From assembly GCA_002269645.1 (NCBI GenBank), contig NIVC01001167.1:1-64000 (forward strand): a stretch of DNA of 64,000 nt. The letters run 5' to 3'. The notes beneath the pieces are model-generated. The model worked only from the letters and a program-made list of their open reading frames with translations, had not been told where the DNA came from and ran no database searches. Below, piece after piece: positions 1 through 12,505 of the stretch (its first letter is position 1; each line of letters starts with the position of its first letter). Both the position numbers and the translations under genes were made by a program. The DNA is from Macrostomum lignano. Its lineage: Eukaryota.

Positions 1-44
1 GTTATTTTGCGCAAGCAGTCTATTGTAATCTTTAGTTGGTGACA

Positions 45-800
45 TAGATTAGCAATCCATTAATACCCCTCATTAGTGAGATGGATTAGCAATCCATTCT
101 AATCCTTCATTAGTGAGATAGATTAGCAATCCATTAATACACTTCATTAGTGAGATCGATTAGCAATCCATTCTAATCCTTCATTAGTGAGATAGATTAG
201 CAATCCATTAATACCCTCGTTAGTGAGATGGATTAGCAATCCATTTTAATCCTTCATTAGTGAGATAGATTAGCAATCCATTAATACCCTTCATTAGTGA
301 GATGGATTAGCAATCCATTCCAATCCTTCATTAGTGAGATAGATTAGCTATCCATTAATCCCTTCATTAGTGAGATAGATTAGCAATCCATTAATACCCT
401 TCATTATTGAGATAGATTAGTAATCCATTCTAGTTCTTCACTGGTGAGATAGATTAGCAATCCATTCTAGTCCTTCATTAGTGAGATAGATTAGCAATCC
501 ATTCTAGTTCTTCATTAGTGAGATAGATTAGCAATCCATTCTAGTTCTTCATTAGTGAGATAGATTAGCAATCTATTCTAGTCCTTCATTAGTGAGATGG
601 ATTAGTAATCCATTCTAGTTTTCATTCGTGAGATAGATTAGCAATCCATTCTAGTTCTTCATTAGTGAGATAGATTAGCAATCTATTCTAGTCCTTCATT
701 AGTGAGATGGATTAGTAATCCATTCTAGTTCTTATTCGTGAGATAGATTAGCAATCCATTCTAGTTCTTCATTCTTCGTAGAGATTAGATTTAGCATTCC
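45..800. repeat. 37-bp minisatellite (GATTAGCAATCCATTCTAATCCTTCATTAGTGAGATA-like)
   Basis: About 20 diverged tandem copies; TCCATTCTAG recurs at 424 and 461. Confidence 0.95.
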
Positions 801-1030
801 ATTTAGCTTGTGTATTGTATACACAGTATCGAATATTTATATTAAATATACTTCATATCAGGTTTCTTCCTGCATCCTGCAAAGTGCATGGTGTCATGGA
901 CCTTGAGCAAAACAAGCCTGCCTGCTTTGTCTTGTGCAGATCAATATTCTTGTGAATCGTCACACCAATTATCGACCGACTGTCAGTGCGGTGCTTTAAG
1001 TTTTTATCTGGCGGAATCTGAGACACGGGC

Positions 1031-1878
1031 TCTGAGATATGGACATATTTAGGGGGTGAGATATGGACATATTTAGGGGTGAGATATGGGCAGATTTAGG
1101 GTGAGAAATTGTTAGATTTAGGGTGAGATATGGACATATTTAGGGGTGAGATTATGAGACATATTTTAGGGGTGAGATATGGACAGATTTGGGGGTAAAT
1201 ATGGACATATTTAGAGGTGAGATATGGACATATTTGGGGTGAGATATGGACATATTTAGGGGTGAGATATGGACAGATTTGGGGGTAAGATATGGACATA
1301 TTTAGGGGTGAGATATGGACAGATTTAAGGACATATTTAGGTGAGATATGGACATATTTAGGGGTGAGATATGGACAGATTTGGGGGTGAGATATGAACA
1401 TATTTAGGGGTGAGATAATGGACATATTTGGGGTGAATATGACAGATTTAGGGGTGATATGGACAGATTTAGAGCTGAGAGATAATGAAGCAGATTTAGG
1501 GTGAGATATTGGCAGACCTTTGGTGAGATATGGATTTGGGGGTGATAATGTCAGATTTCAGGGTGAGATATGGACCGATTTAGGGGCTGAGATATGGGCA
1601 TATTAGGGTGAGATATGGACCGATTTAAGGGCTGAGATATGGGCATATTTAGGGGTGAGATATGGACAGATTTAGGGGTGAGATATGGACATATTTAGGG
1701 GTGAGATATGGACAGATTTGGGGTGAGTATGGACAGATTTAAGGGTGAGATATGGACATTTTGGGTGAGATATGGACAGATTTCAGGGTGAGATATGGAC
1801 CGATTTAGGGGCTTAGATATGGGCATTTAGGGTGAGACTGAATTTAAGGCTGAGATATGGGCAGATTTAGGGGTGAGA
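1031..1878. repeat. ~23-bp minisatellite (GGGGTGAGATATGGACATATTTA)
   Basis: Direct tandem copies; the ORF at 1096-1425 is only a translation of the repeat. Confidence 0.95.
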
Positions 1879-3534
1879 AATCAGGGTTGCTCAATCGTGG
1901 AAAAAAGTTCAGAGCACTGGCAGAAGCAGCGCTCGCGGAATTTTAATTAAAACAGCCAGCAGTCCGAGCTTCCCGCAGAAGTCGAGCCAGCATCCCCGTC
2001 GCGAGAAATCTATAAGATCGGCTGGGCGCGTGCGTGCCAGCAGCCTCATCGCGATCCGCGAGTCCTCAAAGCCCCAGGGGAGCAGCTTCTGTAAGTGTTA
2101 ATTGCCGAGTTTTTCCTTCACAAGTCGGGCCTGAGGCGGTCTCAGTTTTTACGAGTAGGAGGCCTCCCTCTCAATCTCACTTCCCAATGTCTCCAGTGTG
2201 TGTTGAAGTTGCAGTGCCGAAAAATCGAGTCATATATTGTATTTTACACTGTACATTTTCATGCAAGTTTGCAGAGAAGTTTGCTAGGAAATTATGTAGA
2301 CGTCAGGTACATGCATGTAAAGTAGAAATATACATGACTCACCCAGTCCAAAATGCTCATTCGAATTGTGCCATTAAAAAATGCAAATTTATAACAAAAA
2401 ATCAATAATGATCAAAATTGTTTCTTGAAAATGTGCTGCAACTTTGAGAAATGTAAAGTTTATTTGCTGAAAAAAGATGTCACTTTTTACGCAACATGTA
2501 CTTCTGCGATGTACATGCACTGTTAAGAACTGGGTGTACTTTTGAAACTGTTTTGCAACAGGTTCACAGTTATTACAGTTCACAACAAAATATATTTAGT
2601 TAGATTTGACTACCAAAAAACTACTAGCTAGAAACGTAGCTTTTACCTTATTGGCTATTTAATTAAAACGAAAAAAAATTCACGAAATTAATTAAATTAA
2701 AACGAAACGATAACTACTTATAACAAAGATACAGTGAGAAATATTTGTCAGCGTGATTCATTTTGATTCGTCTGAAGCTATAATCATAATTTATTTTGCC
2801 AAGTGAATGATATACCTACAATGTATAACATGTAAAATGTATGAAATTTTGATGTAATATTCGAATATGTGCAGTAAATAAATTTTCGTTATTGGAGAAT
2901 ATACAGCACATCGTGTTTCATAAGTACATAGTGCTTAAATTCCACACTAAAATATTGTAAAAACGGTGCATTGAAAATCGTTTATAAACTATTGTATATA
3001 AGCAAACTATTCATTATTGTTAGTTTCAAATATGAAATAGAATTTCAAAGTTATTTTAAATATTACGCTTACTTTCTGAGAAAGAGAAATATTTGTTAAA
3101 ATCAACGTGCTAAAATTTCAAAATTAAAACAGTATACGGATTGTTTGACCTTTGATTAAAACAAAGTATATAATTATATAGTGTGCAAAATGAAGTGCAT
3201 TTTATTGACTAAAAGAGCTTCTAACTTACAACAAACACAGGCTTCAGAGACTGTAAGCGAGAGTAGTTAATGAACAATGTACGCAGAAAAAAAGTGCGTG
3301 AATATGTTGATAACTTCGATTTTATTGTTAAAATAAAATATCTGCCCAACAACTCGCTGGGGCCTCAACCTACTTTGTCTATATTATGGATATGGGATAG
3401 AAACTATTTTTTCATGTCTTTCTTGTTTCCATAAATGTTGTGACAGTTTAGGCAACACTAATAAGCATGCTACGAATTTAATTTGGAAACTATTTGTTGT
3501 TCTTTGTCCTGTTTAATACATGCTGCTCATCATT

Positions 3535-5232
3535 TTATATGACTGCATGGGCCTTGCTGCTGAGTCTTGCAATTCTACAATGTCGACTGCGCACCAGACG
3601 GCGGTGTCCACAGGTTCCTTTGCGACCTCTGCTGCTGCTGCTGCTGCTGCTGCTGCATGTGTCTCCGCGGACTTGCGGTTGCAGTTGACGACGTGGCTCC
3701 CGCCATCCCCGGTGCGGAGGCGGCGGTGGCATCGGCGGAGGCGGCGGACTGCGACCGCTCGAAGGACTCCATGCGGTGCAGGTAGGCGGCCGGGGGCGCG
3801 GCGGCGGCGGCACCGAGTGCGGAGGCGGCGGCGGCAGCGGGTGCATGGCGAAGTACTCGTTGTAGATGCCGGGATGATCGGCTGCGTCAGAGATCAGCGA
3901 GTGCTGCGGGTGCTGCTGCTGCTGATGGTGCGACTGTCGCAGCGAAGAGGACGAGTGCTGATGCCGGAAGCTGGCCCGGCCTCTGGAGTCGTCGAACGAG
4001 CCGCTCTGCATCAGAGTCGCCACCGGCTGGTGCACAGGCGGCGGCGGCGGAGGTGGTGGTGGCGGCGACTGCATCTCTGCCTGCAGGATGTTCTTCTTTG
4101 AGCGGCTGCCGCGGCCGTACCGGTTGAGGGTGGCGATGCCGCCGGGCTCCTGAAAGAGCTCCCTGTTGCCCTTGGCCAGCCGGAGGCGCGGCATCTCCGT
4201 GCGACAGCAGCCACGCTTGCTGATCAGGCAGATGAACACGAACGGGTTGACGGCGGCGTTGCAGCAGGCGAAGATTGTCAGGGCCTTGTAGGCCACCGGC
4301 TGTCCGTGGAAGTTCGGATCGACCAGGGTGAGGATGAACAGCGGATACCAGAACAGCACGAACAGAGCCGTCATGAGCAGCAGGGTGTACAGTTTGGTCA
4401 TGGCGAATCGCTCCACTTTCTTCAACAGGGCCCTCTCTGCCACGTCGTCGACGCACTGATCGGCCATCATCTGATGCTGCAGCTGCGGGTGGCCGGACGG
4501 GCTGAGGTCGGACGGGCCGGCGATGGACTGGCGGATGATGCGCAGCAGATCCGATTGCAGAACTCCGCTGGTCGAGTTGGATTTGATGTCCTGGCGAAGC
4601 TTCTTCAAGTACATGATGGCCAGGCTCATGGCGAACGTCACCAGGATGATCCACAGCACGTGGAGCACGTAGTTCCGGGTCTCGCCGTAGCTAAAAGTGC
4701 AGTGACCGACTTTCTGGATGTAGCTCGGATTGCCAGGCAGGAAGGCGACGCCCAAGTTGAGAATGATGCTGGCGAACCAGATGGTGCTGATGCTGAACAG
4801 GATGCAGCAGTAGTTGCCGCTGTCCTTCACCCCAGCGCTAAGGTCGGCAAAGACGTAAGCCTCGCTCATGACCATGGCCAGGATGTTGAAGGCCGTGCTG
4901 GTCACGCACACGATGAAGGAGCCGCCAAGAAGGTTGCAGAACATCGGCTCCTGGTCGTGCAGCAGGCTGTTGGCAAAGATCAGGCAGTAGAGCGACTTCA
5001 GCAGGTCCAGCAGGCAGTGGTGGAACATGAAGGCGTTCGCGGCCTTTCGCAGACGGCGGACGAACAGAATGACCAGTGCAATGCCGAAGTTGCCGATGAT
5101 GCCGACAATTCCAATGCAGATCAGCAGGCCGTATTCAGAGTATCGCGACAGGGTGATGGACGGTTCGTCTCTGCTGCTGGCTCCGCCGTTGACGCTCATC
5201 ATGACTTCTGGTGCCTGAGTGGCGCTGGCCAT
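3535..5232 (-). CDS. Class A orphan GPCR, SREB (GPR27/GPR85/GPR173)-like, single coding exon
   Basis: Seven hydrophobic segments. TM1 GIIGN; TM2 HHCLLDLLKSLYCL (cf. SREB LDLCCSDILRSAIC); TM3 STAFNILAM (cf. HTAFMLFCI); ECL2 YIQKVGHCTF (cf. FIREEDQCTF); TM6 LFVLFWYP; TM7 NAAVNPFVF. ATG at 5232 is preferred because a GT-AG intron (donor 5325, acceptor 5238) sits just upstream in the 5' UTR. Family match is by recalled motifs, not a search. The C-terminus probably shifts frame near 3811 and ends at 3575. Confidence 0.8.
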   Translation of the reverse strand: MASATQAPEVMMSVNGGASSRDEPSITLSRYSEYGLLICIGIVGIIGNFGIALVILFVRRLRKAANAFMFHHCLLDLLKSLYCLIFANSLLHDQEPMFCNLLGGSFIVCVTSTAFNILAMVMSEAYVFADLSAGVKDSGNYCCILFSISTIWFASIILNLGVAFLPGNPSYIQKVGHCTFSYGETRNYVLHVLWIILVTFAMSLAIMYLKKLRQDIKSNSTSGVLQSDLLRIIRQSIAGPSDLSPSGHPQLQHQMMADQCVDDVAERALLKKVERFAMTKLYTLLLMTALFVLFWYPLFILTLVDPNFHGQPVAYKALTIFACCNAAVNPFVFICLISKRGCCRTEMPRLRLAKGNRELFQEPGGIATLNRYGRGSRSKKNILQAEMQSPPPPPPPPPPVHQPVATLMQSGSFDDSRGRASFRHQHSSSSLRQSHHQQQQHPQHSLISDAADHPGIYNEYFAMHPLPPPPPHSVPPPPRPRPPTCTAWSPSSGRSPPPPPMPPPPPHRGWREPRRQLQPQVRGDTCSSSSSSSSRGRKGTCGHRRLVRSRHCRIARLSSKAHAVI

Positions 5233-5966
5233 CTTGTCTAAAAAAGCTGACGGAATCAACAGCTGCTTTAATATTAATTCAAGATGCGAACAAGTGAATG
5301 TGATCACAGAGGCGCTAAGCCTTACCTCGCCAGTCGGTCGGCCTACAAAGTTGCCAGGAGAAAGAATTGAGGAAAAGAAAACTTTTCTTGGCTTGGTTAA
5401 CTTAAGAAAAGGGCTTATGTATAGGTTGGCAGAGGCCGGGCGCGCAGAAGAAGAAGGAGGAGGAAAGGAGGGGAAATGTCCGAGAGAGGGAGGCGGACAC
5501 GAACCTATAGGTTCAGTTGGGGTTCTCCGTCCACCTCCCTGTCCCTTAAATTTCTCTCTCCTTCAGCTGTCCCCCTGTTAGCAAAGCAGTCCCTCCCCCC
5601 AAAGCCCAACTGACTCGCTCCTGCACCGTCTACCCTCGTTTATCCCCTCCCCAAGTCCAAAATCCCCCTCAGCCCCTCAGCCAAGACCTCCACGTCTCCG
5701 GCCTTCCCTCTCGTCCGCTGCATCCATCCCCGTCCCGACCTGATCGTCACTGCCCCCAGGCCAATCAACTGCGGGAAAGCAGTACTTTTAGCTGGCAGGC
5801 CTTGAGCTTAGAAAATCTATCCTCACCTCAATCGCCCCTTACTCTCGGCTCTCTCTCCCTCCTCTCTTACCCAGCTCCCTGTTTTTCTCCCAAGCCCGCG
5901 GCCGAGAGCTTTGCTTAGGATAGAGAGCGCGACGAGGTCGATCTGGACCCTTTTCCCAGCTCTGTG

Positions 5967-6116
<150 letters not shown>

Positions 6117-7966
6117 AACTCGAGGCCGGCCTGCACGCACGCGGCAACTCTTCAAAGTGAAAGCAATTTCGCCGGCACGCTCACTGCCGTCCCAATTCTC
6201 GACCCTCCATGAGTTCCCCCCAAGTGCTTCAGAAACAGTTTTCTCTCTTCTCAAACCCGTGCGCAGTCCTCACCGCGATATCGGGCCGAAGCTCGATCAC
6301 AAAATAAACTCTCGTCAAGAAATCTCGTCTCCCCATGCAAGATCCTTTAGCTATATAGCGGCTCCACCCAAAATCAAACTTTTCTTTCATTGGGGGAAAT
6401 GCGAATTATACTTTCGCATCTTATATATTGCATGCATATATACATATGTACCATGCTGGTACCGCAGTCCGACGTCTGTAGACAAGTATTATCAACGTCG
6501 CTGACAAATACGTACATTACATTACATTTACATTAGATAACGTACGTAACGTCATACATGTAAGGTCGTCTACTGAACCATCGCTGTACTGTAAAAGTAC
6601 TCATTTGCCACTCACTCGTCGATAGACGTCGAAAACCGCGTTGGCCGACATTGTGGCCATATCAGATTGCTGCATGGGTATACATGTGCATGTACACTAA
6701 GAATGCATGTACATTTTTCTCGTATCTACGTACGTTTAGTACAGTAGCATATTTAGAAAAATAGTTTTAACGAACTCGACTTTTAATTTTTCGTCTCTTT
6801 TACACGTTATTCGTCTAACATATCCAACATGTATTAGCACCTTAAAGTGAATTACATTCGGATGTGCTTTAATTTCCGCTCGTATTTTCATCAGACTTGC
6901 AATATAATACAAGAAGAGGTTTCTTGAAACTAGCTCAGCTTACTTCTTCTAAAAGTTCAAATAATATTGTTTATTGGGTTCTACAGCATATTTGCGGCTT
7001 ATTTTGGTGTTATAATTAACAGTAGTATAACAAAAAAGAAGATTTAAAGCATTGCAAAACGAAATTTAAGGGTTGTACAAAACATTTCTGTGAAAAAGCT
7101 AACATAAGCAATCACAATAATTTCTTTTTGTTACGAAAGAATCTTTTTATCAAGTAATAGTGTATATTTAACTCGTACTTTTTCAGCGAAATAAGTGCGC
7201 AAAGCATGACTGCAAATGTGAATATTACCACTGACAAGGAACTAAAATAAATTTTTGCTTTAACAGCAGCTACTCTCTTGTTTTAATTCCGTTATGAACA
7301 ATTTTTTAGTTATTTAGCTTTCATGATGAGCCGTTAAATAAAATAAAAAGTGGAAGGATATTTTACTTATTCGAATATCTGCTATAGTGGTCCATGAATT
7401 GCGAAGATTATATTTTCTGATACTCACGTAAACCGATTCTTTACTGCAGCTTTAAAATGTTAGACAACATAACAAAAAGAATTTTACTACTGAAACAAAA
7501 TAAGTCTATATCTAGTTATATTTATTTAATACTATCAACTACTTTTTAATTAAATTAATTACTATTATTTAATTAAATATTTATTTCTTTATTATATGTT
7601 GTCTTCAGCCACTTTTCGAGTCAGAAACTCATTCAATTAAACTTATTTTAATAATATTATGGTGTTAATTAAAGTACACAAATTTCGCTGATTTCACCTA
7701 TATTTTTAGCAATAAGACATAATAAAGAATTGCTTAAGTTGAAAACCTATTTTAAACATTTTTAAAGGATTGAATCTTGTATTCTTAGCTCGCAAATTTG
7801 AATTTAAATTTATGTTTAAATTTTTCACAGAAATTGCGGTTGAATTTCTGAATGGAATCAGAGCTTTAAAATCTAGTTTTTTAACTGTTGGTCACTCGAA
7901 GAAGCGACCTTTCTTTTCAGAAAAGACCAATTATATAGGCTGCTGATTCAGTCCAGGACTTTAAGC

Positions 7967-10900
7967 ATGAGTCAGTGGACGCAAATTTCGCACTTAACGC
8001 GAGTAGCCGACACTCCCAATGAGGACTTCTTGCAGTCGGTGCTTCAGGCGGACCCCGACAAGCTGAGGGCGCATCTGACCGGTGGTCAGTCTCCTGATCA
8101 GATGTTCAATTTTAACGGCAGCTGCCTGTCGCCGCTACATCTGGCCTGCATCACCGGCAACTACCAGGCCGCTCAGCTGCTCACCCGGTCCTCAAAGCAG
8201 CCAGAAGTGAACGTCAATCGTCAATCGAGTCACGGAGAATCTCCACTTTTTGTGGCCTCTGCCTATGGTCACGACAGGTTGGTCAGCAGCTTGATTCTGC
8301 AGGGTGCGAACGTCGATCTGCCTCAGAAACTCGGCTGCACGCCGCTCTGGGTCGCTGCTCAGAACGGGCACCGCGCTGTTGTACAGCTGCTCATCGAGGC
8401 TCAGGCCAACGTGAATCAGTCCAGAACAGACGTCCGGTCCACGCCGCTCTACATGGCCGCTCAGAACGGACACTGGGAAATTGTCACCCAGCTGGTCTCA
8501 GCTATGGCCGATGTTGACGCGCAGAAAACTGACGGCTGCTCGCCAATGTACATCGCTGCTCAGAATGGTCATCGGCAAGTGGTGGCTGCGCTGCTCAAAG
8601 CTCAAACAACCCTCGACCTGCAACAGGAGCGAGGCAGGACTGCCATCTACGCAGCTGCACAGGAAGGCCACGCGGAGGTTGTCGAGGTGCTCAGTCGGGC
8701 AGCCGCAGACGTCAATATTCAGCAAGTTGATGGTGCAACTCCGTTGCTCATCGCGACGCAATTCGGCCACCGTCAGATTGTTCGCTGCTTGTTGGAGCTC
8801 GGAGTTCCTGACGTCAATCTTGCCGAGTTCAGCGGTGCTACGCCAATGTACATCGCATCGCAGGAGGGCCATGTTGAGATAGTGAAGGCACTGGTCCAAG
8901 CCATGGCGGACATCGATCAGGCCATGCTGAACGGCAGCACTCCTTTGTACGCTGCGGTACAAAATGGACGCAAGTTGGTGGTGCAGGAACTCATCAAGGC
9001 GAAGGCAGCTGTCCAACCAGAAACGGCACACCTCTGCACACCGCTCTATGGTGCATTCTTCCTGGGCGATCGGTCTATAGTGGACAGTTTGCTAAAACTC
9101 GGAGCAAATCCAAATTTGGACTGTGGTATTTCCGTAATTCAGCCAGCGCTTCACGTAGCCGTACATTGCAACCAGCTGCCAATAGTACTCAGCCTCATTA
9201 AAGCTCAAGTTGACGTTAATCAAATTGGCGAGCTGGGCACAACAGCTCTGTACACAGCGGCGCAGGAGAACCACTGGAAGATTGCGCGTGCTCTGGTTGA
9301 AGTGAACGCGGATGCGGATGCCACGTCGCATCCGGAAGGCGCGGCACCGATTCACATCGCCAGTCAGTTGGGCCACCATCGAATTGTCCAACTGCTCGCT
9401 AAAGTCGCCCTGGCCGACGTGAACCTTCGGCTAAGCAGCGGGTGCACAGCTCTGCACCTGGCGTCACAAGCTGGTCACGCGGCTTCGGTAAAAATTTTGT
9501 TGAGCGTTCCTCAGATCGACATGAATCTCACAGACTCAACCGGCTGCTCGGCGCTGCTCGCTGCTTCGCGAGAGGGCCACACAAACACGGTGGATCTGCT
9601 ACTGGCTGCCGGAGCCGTCCCCGAGTTGAAGGCTCACGACGGAATAACGCCGATGTTGATTTCCGCACTGAATGGCCACAGGAAGGTTCTAGATAGGTTG
9701 ACAAGTTACCGTTCGACCATGAAACTCTCGGTTGATAATTATTTTCCGGCGTAAGTCCGAGCGGGCCAGTAGTAGATTTCGTTGAGATGCTTGCACCAGA
9801 ATGCGGAGGATTTCGCAGGGGGTTCCTAGCATTCCATTCCACTAACCCCTGGCGACCACGGGCAGCTGGTGCTGCGGTGTCTCGCAGGGAGATCCGGTGG
9901 TGCCAATATCCATAGCGCAATCTCCCTCCAGAGAGTCCAGGAGGTGAATAGTGCTCGCCCGGTAGCCCTTTGGTTGCGGATGAGCTGGCAGAGATTCTCA
10001 GTTTGGGCCGAAGTAGCTAGGTGTCAGCTCGTCCTGAGTAAATTCTAGGGGCATTCACAGATGAAATGCTCCGCATTCTCGACACCGGAGAGGCAAAATG
10101 GGGTGCTCAGGGGTCAGCGAATAGGTACCTTCTCACGGCTGCGACTTCCCTCCAGTGAAAATAAAATAACTGACGATAAACTTTCCATCCTTGATCAGGT
10201 CAACAGCAAGTGAGCAGAGTCTGCTGGTGCACCAGTCAATGCTCCGTGCTGGCTTCACCAGGCCCAGGGCGGCACTGCAGACTGCGGCTGCCGAGGTTCT
10301 GCAGGCAGCTGGTCTCTGCGCGCAGTCGGTGTGATAAAGAGAATAAAATATTTGTTATGGGCAGCTTTGCTGAAGGCTGGGGCAGCTGCATGGCCTCGTT
10401 AAATGGCGACATCGATCCAGACTCCGACATCGACTATTTGATGATTGACACAAACCAACTGTTTCACTTGAAGAACTATTGCCGCTGCAGGCATCCTGAT
10501 CCAGCTAGCGTTAAAAAAACTGTTGAATACTGCAACGGTGAAATTACCTGCGATGATTTTGGTAAGTGGAATTGCAACGTTCTTAAGTAAACCTTCTAGT
10601 CTATACTGTTGCTTTATAACTTTAATCTCTGTTAAAGCCCAAAGTTGACGGTTTTATCTCATTTTTAGCGTCAAATTGTTCTACAAAACATGTCGAAACT
10701 GGCAACAAATCTTTGGGGCCAGCGATTCACCTGGAGACCGCCCTCAGTCTGTGCTGCCATCCACCAATGGCAGTGTTGCAGTCTCAAAATGACTCCAACA
10801 TATCACAGAGGGTGCTGGACTTGCTCCGGCAAGAGATCACCTTAACGCCCTGTCATTTGGTACGTGCCGTATCTCCAGGATCTGCTGGCTCGCAGTTCCG

Positions 10901-11903
10901 CGTGAGCACAGCCTTTTTAGAGAGGAAGCTGATGCAAAATCTCACGACACTGCAAGGTCAGCTGTTCGTTATTATCAAATATCTGTTTAAACGAGTTATA
11001 AGCAACTGTGTGCCGGGCTTGAAAACATATCACGCCAAAACTCTCCTGTTCCGAATGCTTGAAGCGACACCGGCTGATCAGTGGAGACCGGAGAATCTCT
11101 TCAGTCTCACTCGACATGCCTTGCAGATGATGCTAAACTACGTTGAGCAGAGTTGCAATTCGAAGACATTCGATGGACAAATCATGAGGCACTTCTTTCT
11201 GAGTGATGCTGCCTTGTACTTGCAAGGACAAAGTCGGGACACAGCGATGAAAATTGCTCAATGCCTAATTGAGTTGATTCACCAACTGCCGTACATACTG
11301 GCAGAGTTCAACGATGGTCTTGCCAGCATTCCTGATTCTGAAAATTTCAGTTTTCATCCATTTCTACTGCTACCAACGCTGGAAAAGAAACCCAAGCCAC
11401 TAATTGAAGCTTCTATTGAAAAATTTGCTTTGGAAATTCAGTATCTCAGTATTTATGACAACGTGAAAGAAGCACTTGTTATGCTAGACGAAGACGACAC
11501 AAGCTCCGACTGTAGATCTGTCTTAGATGATGTCATTGCGCGCCTGCCTGACTGCGCCAGCAAAAGCCGAGAGACTCTGCGAGCTCTGTCTTGCATCAAG
11601 TTCGGCCGTCTGGAAGCTGCGTCAGAGGTGCTGCTGAGTAGCCGGCAGCCCGAGGTCCACCGGGGCATCAGCTGGAAGGAAGAGCTGTCCCAGTTTGAAC
11701 CAACCAAGGAGCTTGTCTGGCAGCACCTGAGAAGTCATGACTCTGCTTGGAAATTCCACTTGAAATTTGATTCACCAATAAAGTTTAACTTTTTGTCCGT
11801 AAACAATATTTTCTCGACCTGTCTGCTTATAAGCGGCAATGAAATTTATGTCAACTTCGAGGCTCTGCATCGCAGCCTCAGTGTGGCTCTGTGTCGGTCG
11901 TAA
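7967..11903 (+). CDS. Gene A: ankyrin-repeat / cGAS-like (Mab-21, cGLR) nucleotidyltransferase fusion, ~1126 aa, with a 1-nt frameshift near 10305
   Basis: Exons 7967-9750, 10199-10561 and 10669-11903. Exon 1 has 16 ankyrin repeats (TPLxxAAQxG). Its TAA lies in donor GC|GTAAGT at 9751; the acceptor CTTTCCATCCTTGATCAG ends at 10198, phase 2. The joined frame reads SLLVHQSMLRAGFTRPRAALQ, then GSFAEGW...DSDID. Intron 10562-10668 is GT-AG, phase 1. Mab-21 C-lobe motifs QGQLFVIIKYLFK, LKTYHAKTLLF and MRHFFLSD follow. Confidence 0.8.
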
Positions 11904-12505
11904 CTGGGCTGAGGAACTGAGGAACTGCTGACTCGGAGCATTGTCAGTGTTTGCTCAGAAAGTGGAGCGGCACCCTTGACAACTATTCAAGTTCGGAAAA
12001 CTTCAGTAGCTTCATAAAGTTTATTCCTTATTCGATGGAAATCTAAAGAAACTCAATCATCATGTCTAAACATCAAATTTAACCTTCTTTAGAGAAACTG
12101 TTTTCTTTTCTTTTAAAGAACCTATCATAAATTTTTACTTTTAAAAAGCAAATAAAAAGAACTAAATCATTTATTTTTTTGCTTTCGAAGCATGATGGGC
12201 TGGAAATTACAGACCAGTGATTGTTAAGTGACAAAGCTGCATTGTGTGTGCTGAATTGCTTGTTTATTTTTTTAGCTAATAACATAATTTGAACTCAAAA
12301 CTGTACAAAGTTTGAATTTGAAAATTGTGACTTTCAATAAGATTACGAGCTGAAACTTAGCGAGCTAGAATGAACAAAAGTTTATGACGGACGCATTCGC
12401 CTAAAAAGGCACTAGCTAGAGAAGCGATCGCTTACAAAGGACTAGACGGATTTGCATTTTCCTTGTATTCTACTCGCAGTAGTTTAACTCTTAGATTCAA
12501 CGAGC

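Noticed and set aside
1882-1900. CAGGGTTGC hAT-like terminus (also at 45680)
   Set aside because: No matching inverted end or TSD found in the window.
3567-5241. Long plus-strand ORFs antisense to the GPCR
   Set aside because: Expected shadow ORFs of GC-rich coding DNA with no motifs. Likewise for the antisense ORFs over genes A and B, TTC28-like and the channel.
7967-9754. Stand-alone ankyrin gene followed by a separate Mab-21 gene (operon-like pair)
   Set aside because: Disfavoured rather than excluded: the stop sits in GTAAGT, the NTase region has no suitable own ATG before its N-terminal helix, and the paralogue shows the same phase-2 join.
9760-10160. Possible extra exon or LINE remnant in intron 1 of gene A
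   Set aside because: All frames have stops and no recognisable motif; the direct 9750-10199 splice is already in frame.
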